Assembly: GCA_900543145.1 (NCBI GenBank)
Contig: UQPZ01000006.1
Span: 73,416 to 105,415, forward strand
Source of the DNA: an uncultured Ruminococcus sp.
GTDB taxonomy: Bacteria; Bacillota; Clostridia; Oscillospirales; Ruminococcaceae
Direction of reading: 5' to 3'
Length of the DNA stretch: 32,000 nucleotides
Position numbers and translations under genes: made by a program. Under the pieces are notes generated by a model, which had not been told where the DNA came from, did no database searches, and was given only the letters and a program-made list of their open reading frames with translations. This document shows positions 1 through 6,693 of this stretch, in pieces; within the stretch, counting starts at the first letter, position 1, and every line of letters starts with the position of its first letter.

Positions 1-1715
1 AGCATACAATGTCCTGAGGGATGATCACTGCTTCTTGACATCATATAAGCAAACTGTTTTTCGGCTTCTTCACGGTATTTATCTTTTTCGGTGATCTGAT
101 ATAATCTTACAAGGCTGTAGGCCATGACAGAATTTCCGCTTGGGATTGCTCCGTCGTATATTTCCTTAGGATTAATAATCAGCTCGCTGTTCTTTGGATC
201 ACACAGATAAAAACCGCCGTTCTCTCTGTCTGAGAACTTTTCCAGCGCTTTGCTGCATAATAACTCCGCTTTTTCCAGCAGGAGTATATCAGGTGCGGAG
301 CAGTAAAGCTCAATCAGCGCGGCAATATAGAATGAATAATCGTCAAGAATGCCGCCGCTCGAATGTTTTCCGCTGCGGAAGCTTGTATAAAGCTCATTTC
401 CTGAACACAGATTATTTTCAATAAATCTATGAGCCTTTTCAGCTGCAGCAAGATATTCAGGGTTTTTGGAAGCTCTGTACAATACGGACATTGCGGCGAT
501 CATCAATGAATTCCATGACAATAGTATTTTATCATCAAGATATAGTTTAAAACGCTTTTTTCGCATAGCGTACAATTTACTCAGCTCTTTGCTGAATTCT
601 GAGGTAAGCTCGTTGTGCTTCAGCAGGTTGGGGATATTTACTCCTTCAAAATTTCCCTCGGCTGTTATATCAAAGGTTTTTGCGAACTGACTGCCTCTTT
701 CTTCGCCCAGGGCGTCAATTATCTCGCTGAGCGTGAATGTATAAAACCTTCCTTCTACGCCTTCGCTGTCGGCGTCCTGAGCGCTGTAAAAGCCTCCGTC
801 GGGAGAGGTCATTTCACGCAGGATATACTGAGCAGTTTTTTCAGCGGTATCTAGGTACAGCCGTCTGCCTGTTATTCTGTAGGCGGCTGAATAGGCAATA
901 ATAAGCAGTGCGTTATCGTAGAGCATTTTCTCAAAATGCGGTGCAAGAAAGTACCTGTCGGTTGAATATCTTGAAAAGCCGGAGCCTATATGGTCGAATA
1001 TACCACCCATGCGCATTTGAGTAAGAGTTTTCTCCGCCATTTTCAATGCTTCAGGATAATTTTTCTTCTCAGCATAAAGCATAAGAAACAGCAGATTGTG
1101 CGGCACAGGGAATTTCGGCGCATTACCGAAGCCTCCGAAGACCTCGTCAAAGCTGTTTTCAAGCTGCTCTGCCGCTTCAGTTACCGGATCATTTACGCAA
1201 TCTGAATCGGTTTTTTCCTGCCTTTCCAGGTGTGAAATGATCTCGGAGGCAGATCTCATAAGGCTGCTGCGGTTGTTTTTCCATTGTTCAGAGATCATAG
1301 TAAGCAGTTCAGGAAAACCGGTCATTCCGTAATTTGATTTAGGAGGAAAATATGTTCCGGCAAAAAAAGGCTTTTTGTCCCAGCTCATAAATATGCTCAT
1401 AGGCCAGCCGCCGCTGCCCGTCAACGCCTGACATACCGACATATATACGCTGTCAATATCGGGGCGTTCCTCACGATCGACCTTGACTGAGATAAAATTC
1501 TTATTTAAAATAGCTGCCGTCTGTTGATTTTCAAAGCTTTCATGCGCCATAACGTGACACCAATGGCAGGTGCTGTAGCCGATGCTCAGGAAAACTGGCT
1601 TATCCTCTGACTTTGCCTTTTCAAACGCTTCCTCTCCCCACGGATACCATTCTACAGGATTTTCCGCATGCTGCAGCAAGTACGGACTTGTTTCGTTTTT
1701 TAGTTTATTGCTCAT
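1..1715 (-). CDS. yyaL: Thioredoxin-domain protein, YyaL/DUF255 family (first 571 codons; the C-terminus lies beyond the window edge)
   Basis: Absent from the ORF track because there is no stop codon inside the window. The reverse complement from ATG 1715-1713 reads [63 protein letters not shown]...[13 protein letters not shown] and stays open to position 1. This is the conserved N-terminus of the YyaL/SSP411 family. Confidence 0.85.
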   Translation of the reverse strand, partial: MSNKLKNETSPYLLQHAENPVEWYPWGEEAFEKAKSEDKPVFLSIGYSTCHWCHVMAHESFENQQTAAILNKNFISVKVDREERPDIDSVYMSVCQALTGSGGWPMSIFMSWDKKPFFAGTYFPPKSNYGMTGFPELLTMISEQWKNNRSSLMRSASEIISHLERQEKTDSDCVNDPVTEAAEQLENSFDEVFGGFGNAPKFPVPHNLLFLMLYAEKKNYPEALKMAEKTLTQMRMGGIFDHIGSGFSRYSTDRYFLAPHFEKMLYDNALLIIAYSAAYRITGRRLYLDTAEKTAQYILREMTSPDGGFYSAQDADSEGVEGRFYTFTLSEIIDALGEERGSQFAKTFDITAEGNFEGVNIPNLLKHNELTSEFSKELSKLYAMRKKRFKLYLDDKILLSWNSLMIAAMSVLYRASKNPEYLAAAEKAHRFIENNLCSGNELYTSFRSGKHSSGGILDDYSFYIAALIELYCSAPDILLLEKAELLCSKALEKFSDRENGGFYLCDPKNSELIINPKEIYDGAIPSGNSVMAYSLVRLYQITEKDKYREEAEKQFAYMMSRSSDHPSGHCM

Positions 1716-1852
1716 TTGTCTGACTTCCTTTATATTACTTTTATGTAGTATATCCTTTTATCAGAATTAAATACTTATAAATAAGGAGCGGTTATACGAG
1801 TATATGCAGGATAGGAAGAATATTATTTTTTACTTATATGTGTTTGCTCAGC

Positions 1853-1889
1853 GGCAAAAAAATATCCGTCATCAGGATGTGATGACGGA
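1853..1889 (-). terminator. Intrinsic terminator that natively followed the tRNA-Arg gene, now separated from it by the insertion
   Basis: 9-bp perfect stem TCCGTCATC (1865-1873) / GATGACGGA (1881-1889). Read on the minus strand it is followed by a T-run (plus-strand A-run 1853-1862). It lies directly 3' of the displaced tRNA fragment. Confidence 0.7.
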
Positions 1890-1896
1890 ATGGAGC

Positions 1897-1942
1897 TGGT
1901 GCGCCCGACAGGATTCGAACCTGCGGCCTTCAGAGTCGGAGT
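1897..1942 (-). repeat. attL: displaced native 3' 46 nt of tRNA-Arg(CCG), direct repeat of 10690-10735
   Basis: TGGTGCGCCCGACAGGATTCGAACCTGCGGCCTTCAGAGTCGGAGT is identical to 10690-10735 except G1926 versus A10719. It is not a complete tRNA: the 5' half is missing. Confidence 0.9.
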
Positions 1943-1989
1943 ATTTGACACCTTGTAATTAACAAATATTCAATATATAAACATATAAA

Positions 1990-2028
1990 TTGACACATAA
2001 AAAATTTACTTTTATGTGTCAATTTTTT
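1990..2028 (+). terminator. 13-bp perfect hairpin plus T-run. In the circular form it would lie downstream of int and attP (terminator, or ssDNA packaging/complementary-strand signal)
   Basis: TTGACACATAAAA (1990-2002) / TTTTATGTGTCAA (2010-2022), loop AATTTAC, followed by TTTTTT (2023-2028). Confidence 0.5.
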
Positions 2029-2157
2029 ATGCTTAAATTAATTTTTTATCTATTGACATGAAATAAATCACGCATTTACGAACTATAAAAAATGTTGTAT
2101 TATATAACTAGAGGAAGAGAAAAACCTCTTAACAACAAATTATATTAAAAAGGAGAA

Positions 2158-2433
2158 ATGAAAAAAATGTACACAATTGTAGGTTTTAAGGAAAACAAAG
2201 GTACTCTTGAAAACGGTAGGGAATGGAAAAATTATTCCGTTTTTTGTACGAAAGAAGATGAAACAGTAAATGGATGTACGGTTCAGGTCGTAAAAGTTCC
2301 CTCAAAGGTTTTGCAGGATACTTTTCCGGATTCGACTACTGTTATTGGTTCTAATGTTATTTTTGATGTGGATATTCACAGTTATAACGGTGTTCAAAAG
2401 CCTGTTATAACAGGTATCAATATATTAGATTAG
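2158..2433 (+). CDS. Small beta-rich protein in the position of the inovirus ssDNA-binding protein (gene V analogue); function assigned by position only
   Basis: 91-aa ORF with RBS AGGAG (2150-2154). It is the first gene of the structural operon, immediately upstream of the coat gene. Size is close to Ff pV (87 aa). I recognise no family motif. Confidence 0.45.
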   Translation: MKKMYTIVGFKENKGTLENGREWKNYSVFCTKEDETVNGCTVQVVKVPSKVLQDTFPDSTTVIGSNVIFDVDIHSYNGVQKPVITGINILD

Positions 2434-2447
2434 AAAGGAGTTTTAAC

Positions 2448-2621
2448 ATGACTAATTTTGTTGATGAAACAATAACTGGTGGAGTGTCTACCATTACTGA
2501 CCTTGTATCACAGGTTTGGACACTTATGACTGGCAATCCTCTTGTTATGGTTTTTGTCGGTGCATCACTTTTGGGTGTTGCTATAGGTGTTATACGTAAG
2601 CTTACAAAGGGTAAGGCTTAA
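2448..2621 (+). CDS. Major coat protein, inovirus pVIII-like (57 aa)
   Basis: Below the 60-aa cutoff of the ORF track. RBS AAAGGAG (2434-2440) lies 7 nt before ATG 2448. The product is MTNFVDETITGGVSTITDLVSQVWTLMTGNPLVMVFVGASLLGVAIGVIRKLTKGKA: acidic N-terminus, a single hydrophobic helix and a basic tail (R50, K51, K54, K56). The C-terminus GVAIGVIRKLTKGKA resembles M13 pVIII GATIGIKLFKKFTSKAS. Confidence 0.75.
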   Translation: MTNFVDETITGGVSTITDLVSQVWTLMTGNPLVMVFVGASLLGVAIGVIRKLTKGKA

Positions 2622-2630
2622 CCGTAATAT

Positions 2631-2664
2631 GCGGAGCGGTAAAAACCGCTTCGCTTATTTTTTT
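2631..2664 (+). terminator. Strong intrinsic terminator between the coat gene and the pIII-like gene
   Basis: 10-bp stem GCGGAGCGGT / ACCGCTTCGC (one G-U pair) with an AAAA tetraloop, followed by TTATTTTTTT (2655-2664). Confidence 0.8.
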
Positions 2665-2677
2665 GAAAGGAGAAAAA

Positions 2678-4342
2678 ATGAAAAAACTAATAAGCATAAT
2701 AACAATGCTGATAATGATATGCACAGGAGTGTTTATGAATTGTGTTGTAAGTGCTTGTGGTGGTTCTAGTACTGCTGGAAATTGTCATTGTCTTTTAGAG
2801 CGTGAATTTACTGATTTTGAAATTGAAAAAGTAAAAGATTTTTGTAAATCTTTTTATTCTAGTGAATATAATACAGTCGGTATAACAAAGGGTTGTCGTT
2901 ATACTTTGTTTCGTTCTCATTATGCTCAGCGTAATATGTTTCTTTGTATTTTTTATCCTGATGATTTTTCTTTAGAGGGGTATCCTTTTTATTCTTCATC
3001 AACTTCAAGCGGTATTATAAATTCTATAACTTTTTCCGATAAGTTTTCTAACGATTTTTCTAAACCTAGAGCTATACTATTTGGCTTTGATGAAAATTTC
3101 TCTTTCCAAAAATTTTATCAATATATTAATTCTACAAGTTCAAATATTTATAAATCTGAGTATAGCAATCAAAATCTTTTGTATACTGATGTTCCTATTT
3201 ATGATTCTAATGGTAATATTATTACTGATTCTGCATCTACTCCCCCTGCTCCTTTTAAAGTTAGTTATACACCTAATTTGTCAGTTGGAATGAAACGTAG
3301 CGGAACATTAAATGCACCTGGTAGTCCTAACGACGGTATGCAAATAACGACAGAAGAATTAAAGGTTACTATATCTTTAAATGCCGATTATGTCGATTAT
3401 GTTGTGCGTAGGTCTTGGGAATATAATCACGCTAAGGATTTAGGTGCAAGTAATGATAACAGTATACAAGATTTGCTGTCTGCCTATGACGGAACGGATA
3501 GCGGCACTGAAACCAGTTTAGAGGGTCTAAACAAGAAGCTTATGTTTTTTATAACTGGTGCAGACCCAACAACTGCTAGTCCTCGTGCGGTCGTCGAAAA
3601 CTCTGTCTATACTTATTTGTCAAAGCAAAAATATAGCATAGTCGATATTGATAACGGCGATATAAACGGCAGTACATCAACTGCCACTTATGCAAACGGT
3701 CTTTATGCTTGGTTTGATTTTTGTGATATGTCAAAGTACTTTGAAGATATAAAAAACATTACTGCAGACGAGTATAAAAGTTTTATCGAAAATTTGCCGT
3801 TTAAAACGATAAATATAAAACTTGAAAATGTGTATTTTACAGATGATTATCCTACTTACTATCCAGTATTAATAACTGATAGTACATCACCTACTTGTTT
3901 TAGCGGATTTAAGCTAACTAGCGGTAGTCCTCCTAACGGTGCTATCGTATTTGACAAAGTAAATGCAGACGGTACAAAACATGATGATACTGTTTATGAC
4001 AACGGCACTTTTGTAGATTATTGGGAAAACAAACCGTCTCAATATGTATATTTAGGCAATGAGTTTAGTTTTGATGATTACCCTGATTATACACCTTTTA
4101 AGTATAATGATAGCGAATATACAACAAAAGGCAATCCATTTAGCTATGTCGGCGAAACTGCTTATAAGCCTGATAGTTATCAGTCTGTAAATTCTGACGG
4201 AACATTCTCGGAAGAAGGAACTGCTGAAGAACAAAAAAACATGATGATGAAATCAGATGGCAAAATAATTTTTCAACTGATTTCGGTGTTGGCTCAATTA
4301 CTGATTTGCTCAACGGCACTTCTACATTTTACGAATTTCTAA
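2678..4342 (+). CDS. Secreted or lipid-anchored virion adsorption protein candidate (pIII-like minor coat protein), zero-frame product 554 aa
   Basis: The track ORF starts at TTG 2663, but RBS AAAGGAG (2666-2672) serves ATG 2678. The N-terminus MKKLISIITMLIMICTGVFMNCVVSACGGSS is a signal peptide with a possible lipobox (VSAC). It is the largest ORF, located directly after the coat gene as gene III is in Ff. No family motif recognised. Confidence 0.6.
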   Translation: MKKLISIITMLIMICTGVFMNCVVSACGGSSTAGNCHCLLEREFTDFEIEKVKDFCKSFYSSEYNTVGITKGCRYTLFRSHYAQRNMFLCIFYPDDFSLEGYPFYSSSTSSGIINSITFSDKFSNDFSKPRAILFGFDENFSFQKFYQYINSTSSNIYKSEYSNQNLLYTDVPIYDSNGNIITDSASTPPAPFKVSYTPNLSVGMKRSGTLNAPGSPNDGMQITTEELKVTISLNADYVDYVVRRSWEYNHAKDLGASNDNSIQDLLSAYDGTDSGTETSLEGLNKKLMFFITGADPTTASPRAVVENSVYTYLSKQKYSIVDIDNGDINGSTSTATYANGLYAWFDFCDMSKYFEDIKNITADEYKSFIENLPFKTINIKLENVYFTDDYPTYYPVLITDSTSPTCFSGFKLTSGSPPNGAIVFDKVNADGTKHDDTVYDNGTFVDYWENKPSQYVYLGNEFSFDDYPDYTPFKYNDSEYTTKGNPFSYVGETAYKPDSYQSVNSDGTFSEEGTAEEQKNMMMKSDGKIIFQLISVLAQLLICSTALLHFTNF

Positions 4343-4440
4343 CCGCTTGTATAGGTATTCTTCCATCTTGGTTCTTGACTATATTAGCAAGCTTCTTTGT
4401 AGTTCTTCTCGCTCTTGTTGTAATCAAATTTGTTTTATAG
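4234..4440 (+). other. Candidate -1 frameshift cassette and -1-frame extension encoding a C-terminal transmembrane anchor
   Basis: Slippery heptamer A_AAA_AAC (4234-4240) is in the zero frame of the 2678 ORF. After an 8-nt spacer there is a hairpin, GAAATCAG (4249-4256) / CTGATTTC (4277-4284). The -1 frame is open from 4228 to TAG 4438-4440 with no internal ATG. It reads ...HDDEIRWQNNFSTDFGVGSITDLLNGTSTFYEFLTACIGILPSWFLTILASFFVVLLALVVIKFVL. Confidence 0.4.
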
Positions 4441-4470
4441 TGAGGTGCATATTATGGATTTTTTGGAATA

Positions 4471-4620
4471 ATGAAAAGCTTATTCTTTTCAATTAGTAAA
4501 TTCTTTTCATTTCGCATTAACTTTAACGGTTTTGATTTTTCTTTAGGCAGTATGATTATAGGCTTATGTATAATTGGCTGTAGCTTACAATTGTTACATT
4601 ATCTATTTAACAAAGATTAG
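4471..4620 (+). CDS. Small membrane protein (49 aa), minor coat/assembly candidate
   Basis: MKSLFFSISKFFSFRINFNGFDFSLGSMIIGLCIIGCSLQLLHYLFNKD has one hydrophobic segment. It lies between the pIII-like and pI-like genes, where pVI sits in Ff. Its start overlaps the stop of a 5-codon mini-ORF that carries the RBS (GAGGTG 4442-4447). Confidence 0.35.
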   Translation: MKSLFFSISKFFSFRINFNGFDFSLGSMIIGLCIIGCSLQLLHYLFNKD

Positions 4621-4633
4621 AAAGGAGTAAATC

Positions 4634-4867
4634 GTGTTAAATATATTTAAGTTTTTTATAATGATTATGATAATCATTTTGTTAATTTCCGCATTTTGCG
4701 GTGTAATCGCATTTTTTAAGGACTTGCATGATTTTAAGTCTGAAAAACAAATGAGTTTGCCACGTCGTAAACTTATACAGTCAATTTTGGATGAACAGGA
4801 ATTGAAAGTCAACTTTCAAAATAATGATACGGAAAAGGACGGTGCAAAAAAATGCTCTACAACATAG
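4634..4867 (+). CDS. Small membrane protein (77 aa) with an N-terminal TM helix
   Basis: RBS AAAGGAG (4621-4627) precedes a GTG start at 4634. The N-terminus is LNIFKFFIMIMIIILLISAFCGVIAFF, followed by a charged tail. Confidence 0.5.
   Translation: MLNIFKFFIMIMIIILLISAFCGVIAFFKDLHDFKSEKQMSLPRRKLIQSILDEQELKVNFQNNDTEKDGAKKCSTT
4802..4819. repeat. 18-bp palindrome TTGAAAGT-NN-ACTTTCAA, copy A
   Basis: TTGAAAGTCAACTTTCAA, flanked by A...AA as in the other copies. It lies inside the 77-aa ORF, 33 nt before ATG 4852. Confidence 0.8.
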
Positions 4868-5046
4868 AGAACGCTTGTTATCAGCTGTTAAAGATACTCG
4901 GTTGCGACTTGTCCGCAATCGAGTATATAACTACTTGGAAGCAGTTCGGAGTTTTGGTAATGGAATTTGTATTTGCTTGTATTATGCTTTTTATGCTCTG
5001 GAAAATGCTTTATAACTGCATGATACGCTTTTTCCATATGAGATAA
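4852..5046 (+). CDS. Small membrane protein (64 aa)
   Basis: Overlaps the end of the previous ORF and stops 10 nt before the pI-like start. Hydrophobic segment VLVMEFVFACIMLFMLWKML. Preferred over the alternative frame 4824..5015 because of this tight packing. Confidence 0.45.
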   Translation: MLYNIENACYQLLKILGCDLSAIEYITTWKQFGVLVMEFVFACIMLFMLWKMLYNCMIRFFHMR

Positions 5047-5056
5047 GGAGGTTAAA

Positions 5057-5854
5057 ATGGTTTTATTAGATTATTATATGCGTATTCCAATGCTTACTTC
5101 ATATATAGTTTATGATAAATGTTGTTCTGCATATTTTAATTGGAAACAGCTTTTTAATGGTTGGGGAATACATTTATTTGTTGGAAAGTTTGGTGCAGGA
5201 AAAACAAGTCTTATGGTTACAAAAGCATATCAGCTTTGTTTACAATATCCTCAGCTTAACATATTGACAAATATCAAGCTTCAAAACTTCCCTGATTATA
5301 CAAGAATTTTGCCTTTGAATACAGCGCAGGATATTCTTAACGCTCCGAAAAATACTCTTGTTCTTATTGATGAGATAGGCACAATATTTAACAGCCGAGA
5401 TTTTAGTGGTGGCAAGTGTGCAGTTCCGAAGCCACTTTTTCAGCACCTTTGTCAATGCCGTAAAAGACGAATGATGATATACGCAACAGTTCAGCGTTTT
5501 AATTTGCTTGATAAACAGATAAGAGATATAACCGCAGATGTTACAGCTTGTCATACGCATTTTAAGCACCCCTACACACGCATACAGACTGGTTATACTT
5601 ATGATATTGAGGAATATGAACTATATAGTGAAAACAAGGCTTATAGTCCTTTATCGCTGTATAACAAGACATATATACAGCGTAACCAGTACCGACAGCT
5701 GTATGACACCTCACAGCTTGTTACAAATATGCTTGCGAAAGAATATTTGTCTGATGAAGAAATACTTGCAAATAGAGATTGTTCAGAATCACATACACAG
5801 CCCCTTGACCGTAAGCAGAAAAAGAGCATTCGCAAACGTAAAAATGCTTGGTAA
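5057..5854 (+). CDS. Inovirus assembly ATPase, pI/Zot family (265 aa, no C-terminal TM domain)
   Basis: RBS AAGGAGG precedes the start. Motifs align with M13 pI as I recall it. LFVGKFGAGKTSLMV matches FVTGKLGAGKTLVSV (Walker A). ILTNIKLQNFP matches IATNLDLRLQNLP. LVLIDEIGTIFNSR matches LLVLDECGTWFNTR (Walker B). CRKRRMMIYATVQRFNLLDKQIR matches ARKLGWDIIFLVQDLSIVDKQAR. Confidence 0.85.
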   Translation: MVLLDYYMRIPMLTSYIVYDKCCSAYFNWKQLFNGWGIHLFVGKFGAGKTSLMVTKAYQLCLQYPQLNILTNIKLQNFPDYTRILPLNTAQDILNAPKNTLVLIDEIGTIFNSRDFSGGKCAVPKPLFQHLCQCRKRRMMIYATVQRFNLLDKQIRDITADVTACHTHFKHPYTRIQTGYTYDIEEYELYSENKAYSPLSLYNKTYIQRNQYRQLYDTSQLVTNMLAKEYLSDEEILANRDCSESHTQPLDRKQKKSIRKRKNAW

Positions 5855-5857
5855 TAA

Positions 5858-5899
5858 ATCAATCCGGCATGGAAACCGCAAGGTTCATGCCGGATTGAT
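5858..5899. terminator. Bidirectional terminator hairpin between convergent genes
   Basis: 14-bp perfect stem ATCAATCCGGCATG (5858-5871) / CATGCCGGATTGAT (5886-5899). It is capped by AACC-GCAA-GGTT. It lies between the pI-like stop (5854) and the minus-strand stop (5907). Confidence 0.75.
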
Positions 5900-5906
5900 A
5901 TTGTTC

Positions 5907-6164
5907 TTATTCACTTAGTTTTTTTAAAACTTTAGTAATTATTGTTTCCTTTTCTTCATCTTCTTCAATTTCAAATTCTGATTCAAATTTATTTCTTTGA
6001 TAATAATGTAAATCTCTTAATATATCAAGTATTTTAGGTATATTACAAGCAATGTAAATTATAGCTATACCAACAATTATTTTAAAAACTACATATAGTA
6101 TTTTCAATACAACAATTGTTTTTAATGACAAGCTAATAACTGATGATATTTCATCATAATTCAT
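5907..6164 (-). CDS. Small membrane protein (85 aa) co-transcribed with the RHH regulator; immunity or superinfection-exclusion candidate
   Basis: Its start overlaps the RHH stop (ATGA, 6161-6164). Hydrophobic core IVVLKILYVVFKIIVGIAIIYIACNI, then an acidic tail EFEIEEDEEKE. Confidence 0.6.
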   Translation of the reverse strand: MNYDEISSVISLSLKTIVVLKILYVVFKIIVGIAIIYIACNIPKILDILRDLHYYQRNKFESEFEIEEDEEKETIITKVLKKLSE

Positions 6165-6349
6165 TCTTGCAGTTCCTCTCTTTCTATATCATCATCAATA
6201 AGCTTATTTATATAAGCGTTAATGCTTAACCCGTTTTTTTCTGCTGTTTTCTTTATTTCTTCTTTCCTCCCTTTTTTAACTGTTAGAGCTATTCTGTCAT
6301 ATGCTTTTTCATTGTATTTTCTATTTGCTTTTGTTCTTGCTGTCGGCAT
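6161..6349 (-). CDS. Ribbon-helix-helix (Arc/CopG-like) DNA-binding protein, candidate prophage repressor (62 aa)
   Basis: The track start (6358) is a GTG inside the RBS GAGGTG. ATG 6349-6347 is the better start. MPTARTKANRKYNEKAYDRIALTVKKGRKEEIKKTAEKNGLSINAYINKLI fits a beta-strand (RIALTV), helix, helix pattern. It is transcribed divergently from the replication genes. Confidence 0.65.
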   Translation of the reverse strand: MPTARTKANRKYNEKAYDRIALTVKKGRKEEIKKTAEKNGLSINAYINKLIDDDIEREELQE

Positions 6350-6368
6350 TTTTATCACCTCTTGAATA

Positions 6369-6397
6369 ATTATACATTAATTTTGAATTTTTGTCAA
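6369..6397 (-). promoter_or_regulatory. Consensus sigma-A promoter for the RHH/membrane-protein operon
   Basis: On the minus strand: TTGACA (6397-6392), 17-nt spacer, TATAAT (6374-6369). Confidence 0.7.
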
Positions 6398-6399
6398 TT

Positions 6400-6475
6400 G
6401 TACTAGCGTTAGTACATAATTTATACATAGTGTTAGTACAAAATGTTTACTTGACTATGTACTAACGTTATGGTA
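6400..6475. promoter_or_regulatory. Operator-like GTACTA/TAGTAC repeats between the divergent promoters
   Basis: GTACTAGCGTTAGTAC (6400-6415; 6-bp inverted arms, 4-bp spacer). TTAGTAC half-site at 6433-6439. GTACTAACGTTATGGT (6459-6474) matches the first 9 nt of the reverse complement of the first site and lies inside the spacer of the rightward promoter. Confidence 0.55.
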
Positions 6476-6479
6476 TAAT
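6451..6479 (+). promoter_or_regulatory. Consensus sigma-A promoter reading towards the SprT-like and Rep genes
   Basis: TTGACT (6451-6456), 17-nt spacer, TATAAT (6474-6479). Confidence 0.7.
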
Positions 6480-6656
6480 GTATATAGAGGGAAAGGAAAA
6501 TCCCAAACACCAGAAAGGAAAAATATTATGAAAAAATTTTTAGTTTATCTTGATGATACCCCTTTGTGTTAAATCTAATTTTAATTTAACAATTGTTTCT
6601 TCTGTACATTAAAACATTAAAATATAAAGCTGTGCTAACGGCTATACGGGCAGAAA

Positions 6657-6674
6657 TTGAAAGTAAACTTTCAA
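6657..6674. repeat. 18-bp palindrome TTGAAAGT-NN-ACTTTCAA, copy B
   Basis: TTGAAAGTAAACTTTCAA, ending 19 nt before the SprT-like start codon. Confidence 0.8.
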
Positions 6675-6693
6675 AAAAAGTGAGGTAATAAAA

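Noticed and set aside
1897-1942. A possible second tRNA gene at the left end of the element
   Set aside because: Only the 3' 46 nt (part of the anticodon arm, the variable loop, the T arm and the acceptor 3' strand) are present, with no 5' half. It is the att duplication.
2587-2769. 60-aa ORF 2587..2769 and the TTG 2663 start of the large ORF
   Set aside because: ORF 2587 runs through the coat-gene terminator. TTG 2663 lies upstream of the RBS (2666-2672), which instead serves ATG 2678.
3081-4234. ORFs 3081..3293 (+) and 4052..4234 (-) within the pIII-like gene
   Set aside because: They are alternative-frame shadows in AT-rich coding sequence, with Ile/Leu/Phe-dominated artefactual composition.
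4454-4471. 5-codon mini-ORF MDFLE carrying the only good RBS ahead of the 49-aa ORF
   Set aside because: It is probably only a translational-coupling device, or the result of an indel in the T6 run (4459-4464). It is not reportable as a gene.
5240-5918. ORFs 5240..5569 (-), 5538..5918 (+) and 5641..5862 (-) overlapping the pI/Zot-like gene
   Set aside because: The pI frame shows motif-by-motif similarity to M13 pI. These are shadows, and 5538..5918 also runs through the bidirectional terminator.
6528-6572. 14-codon mini-ORF (MKKFLVYLDDTPLC) with a weak RBS in the leader of the rightward transcript
   Set aside because: It is too short to support as a gene. It could be a leader peptide, but nothing in the sequence, such as an overlapping attenuator, requires it.
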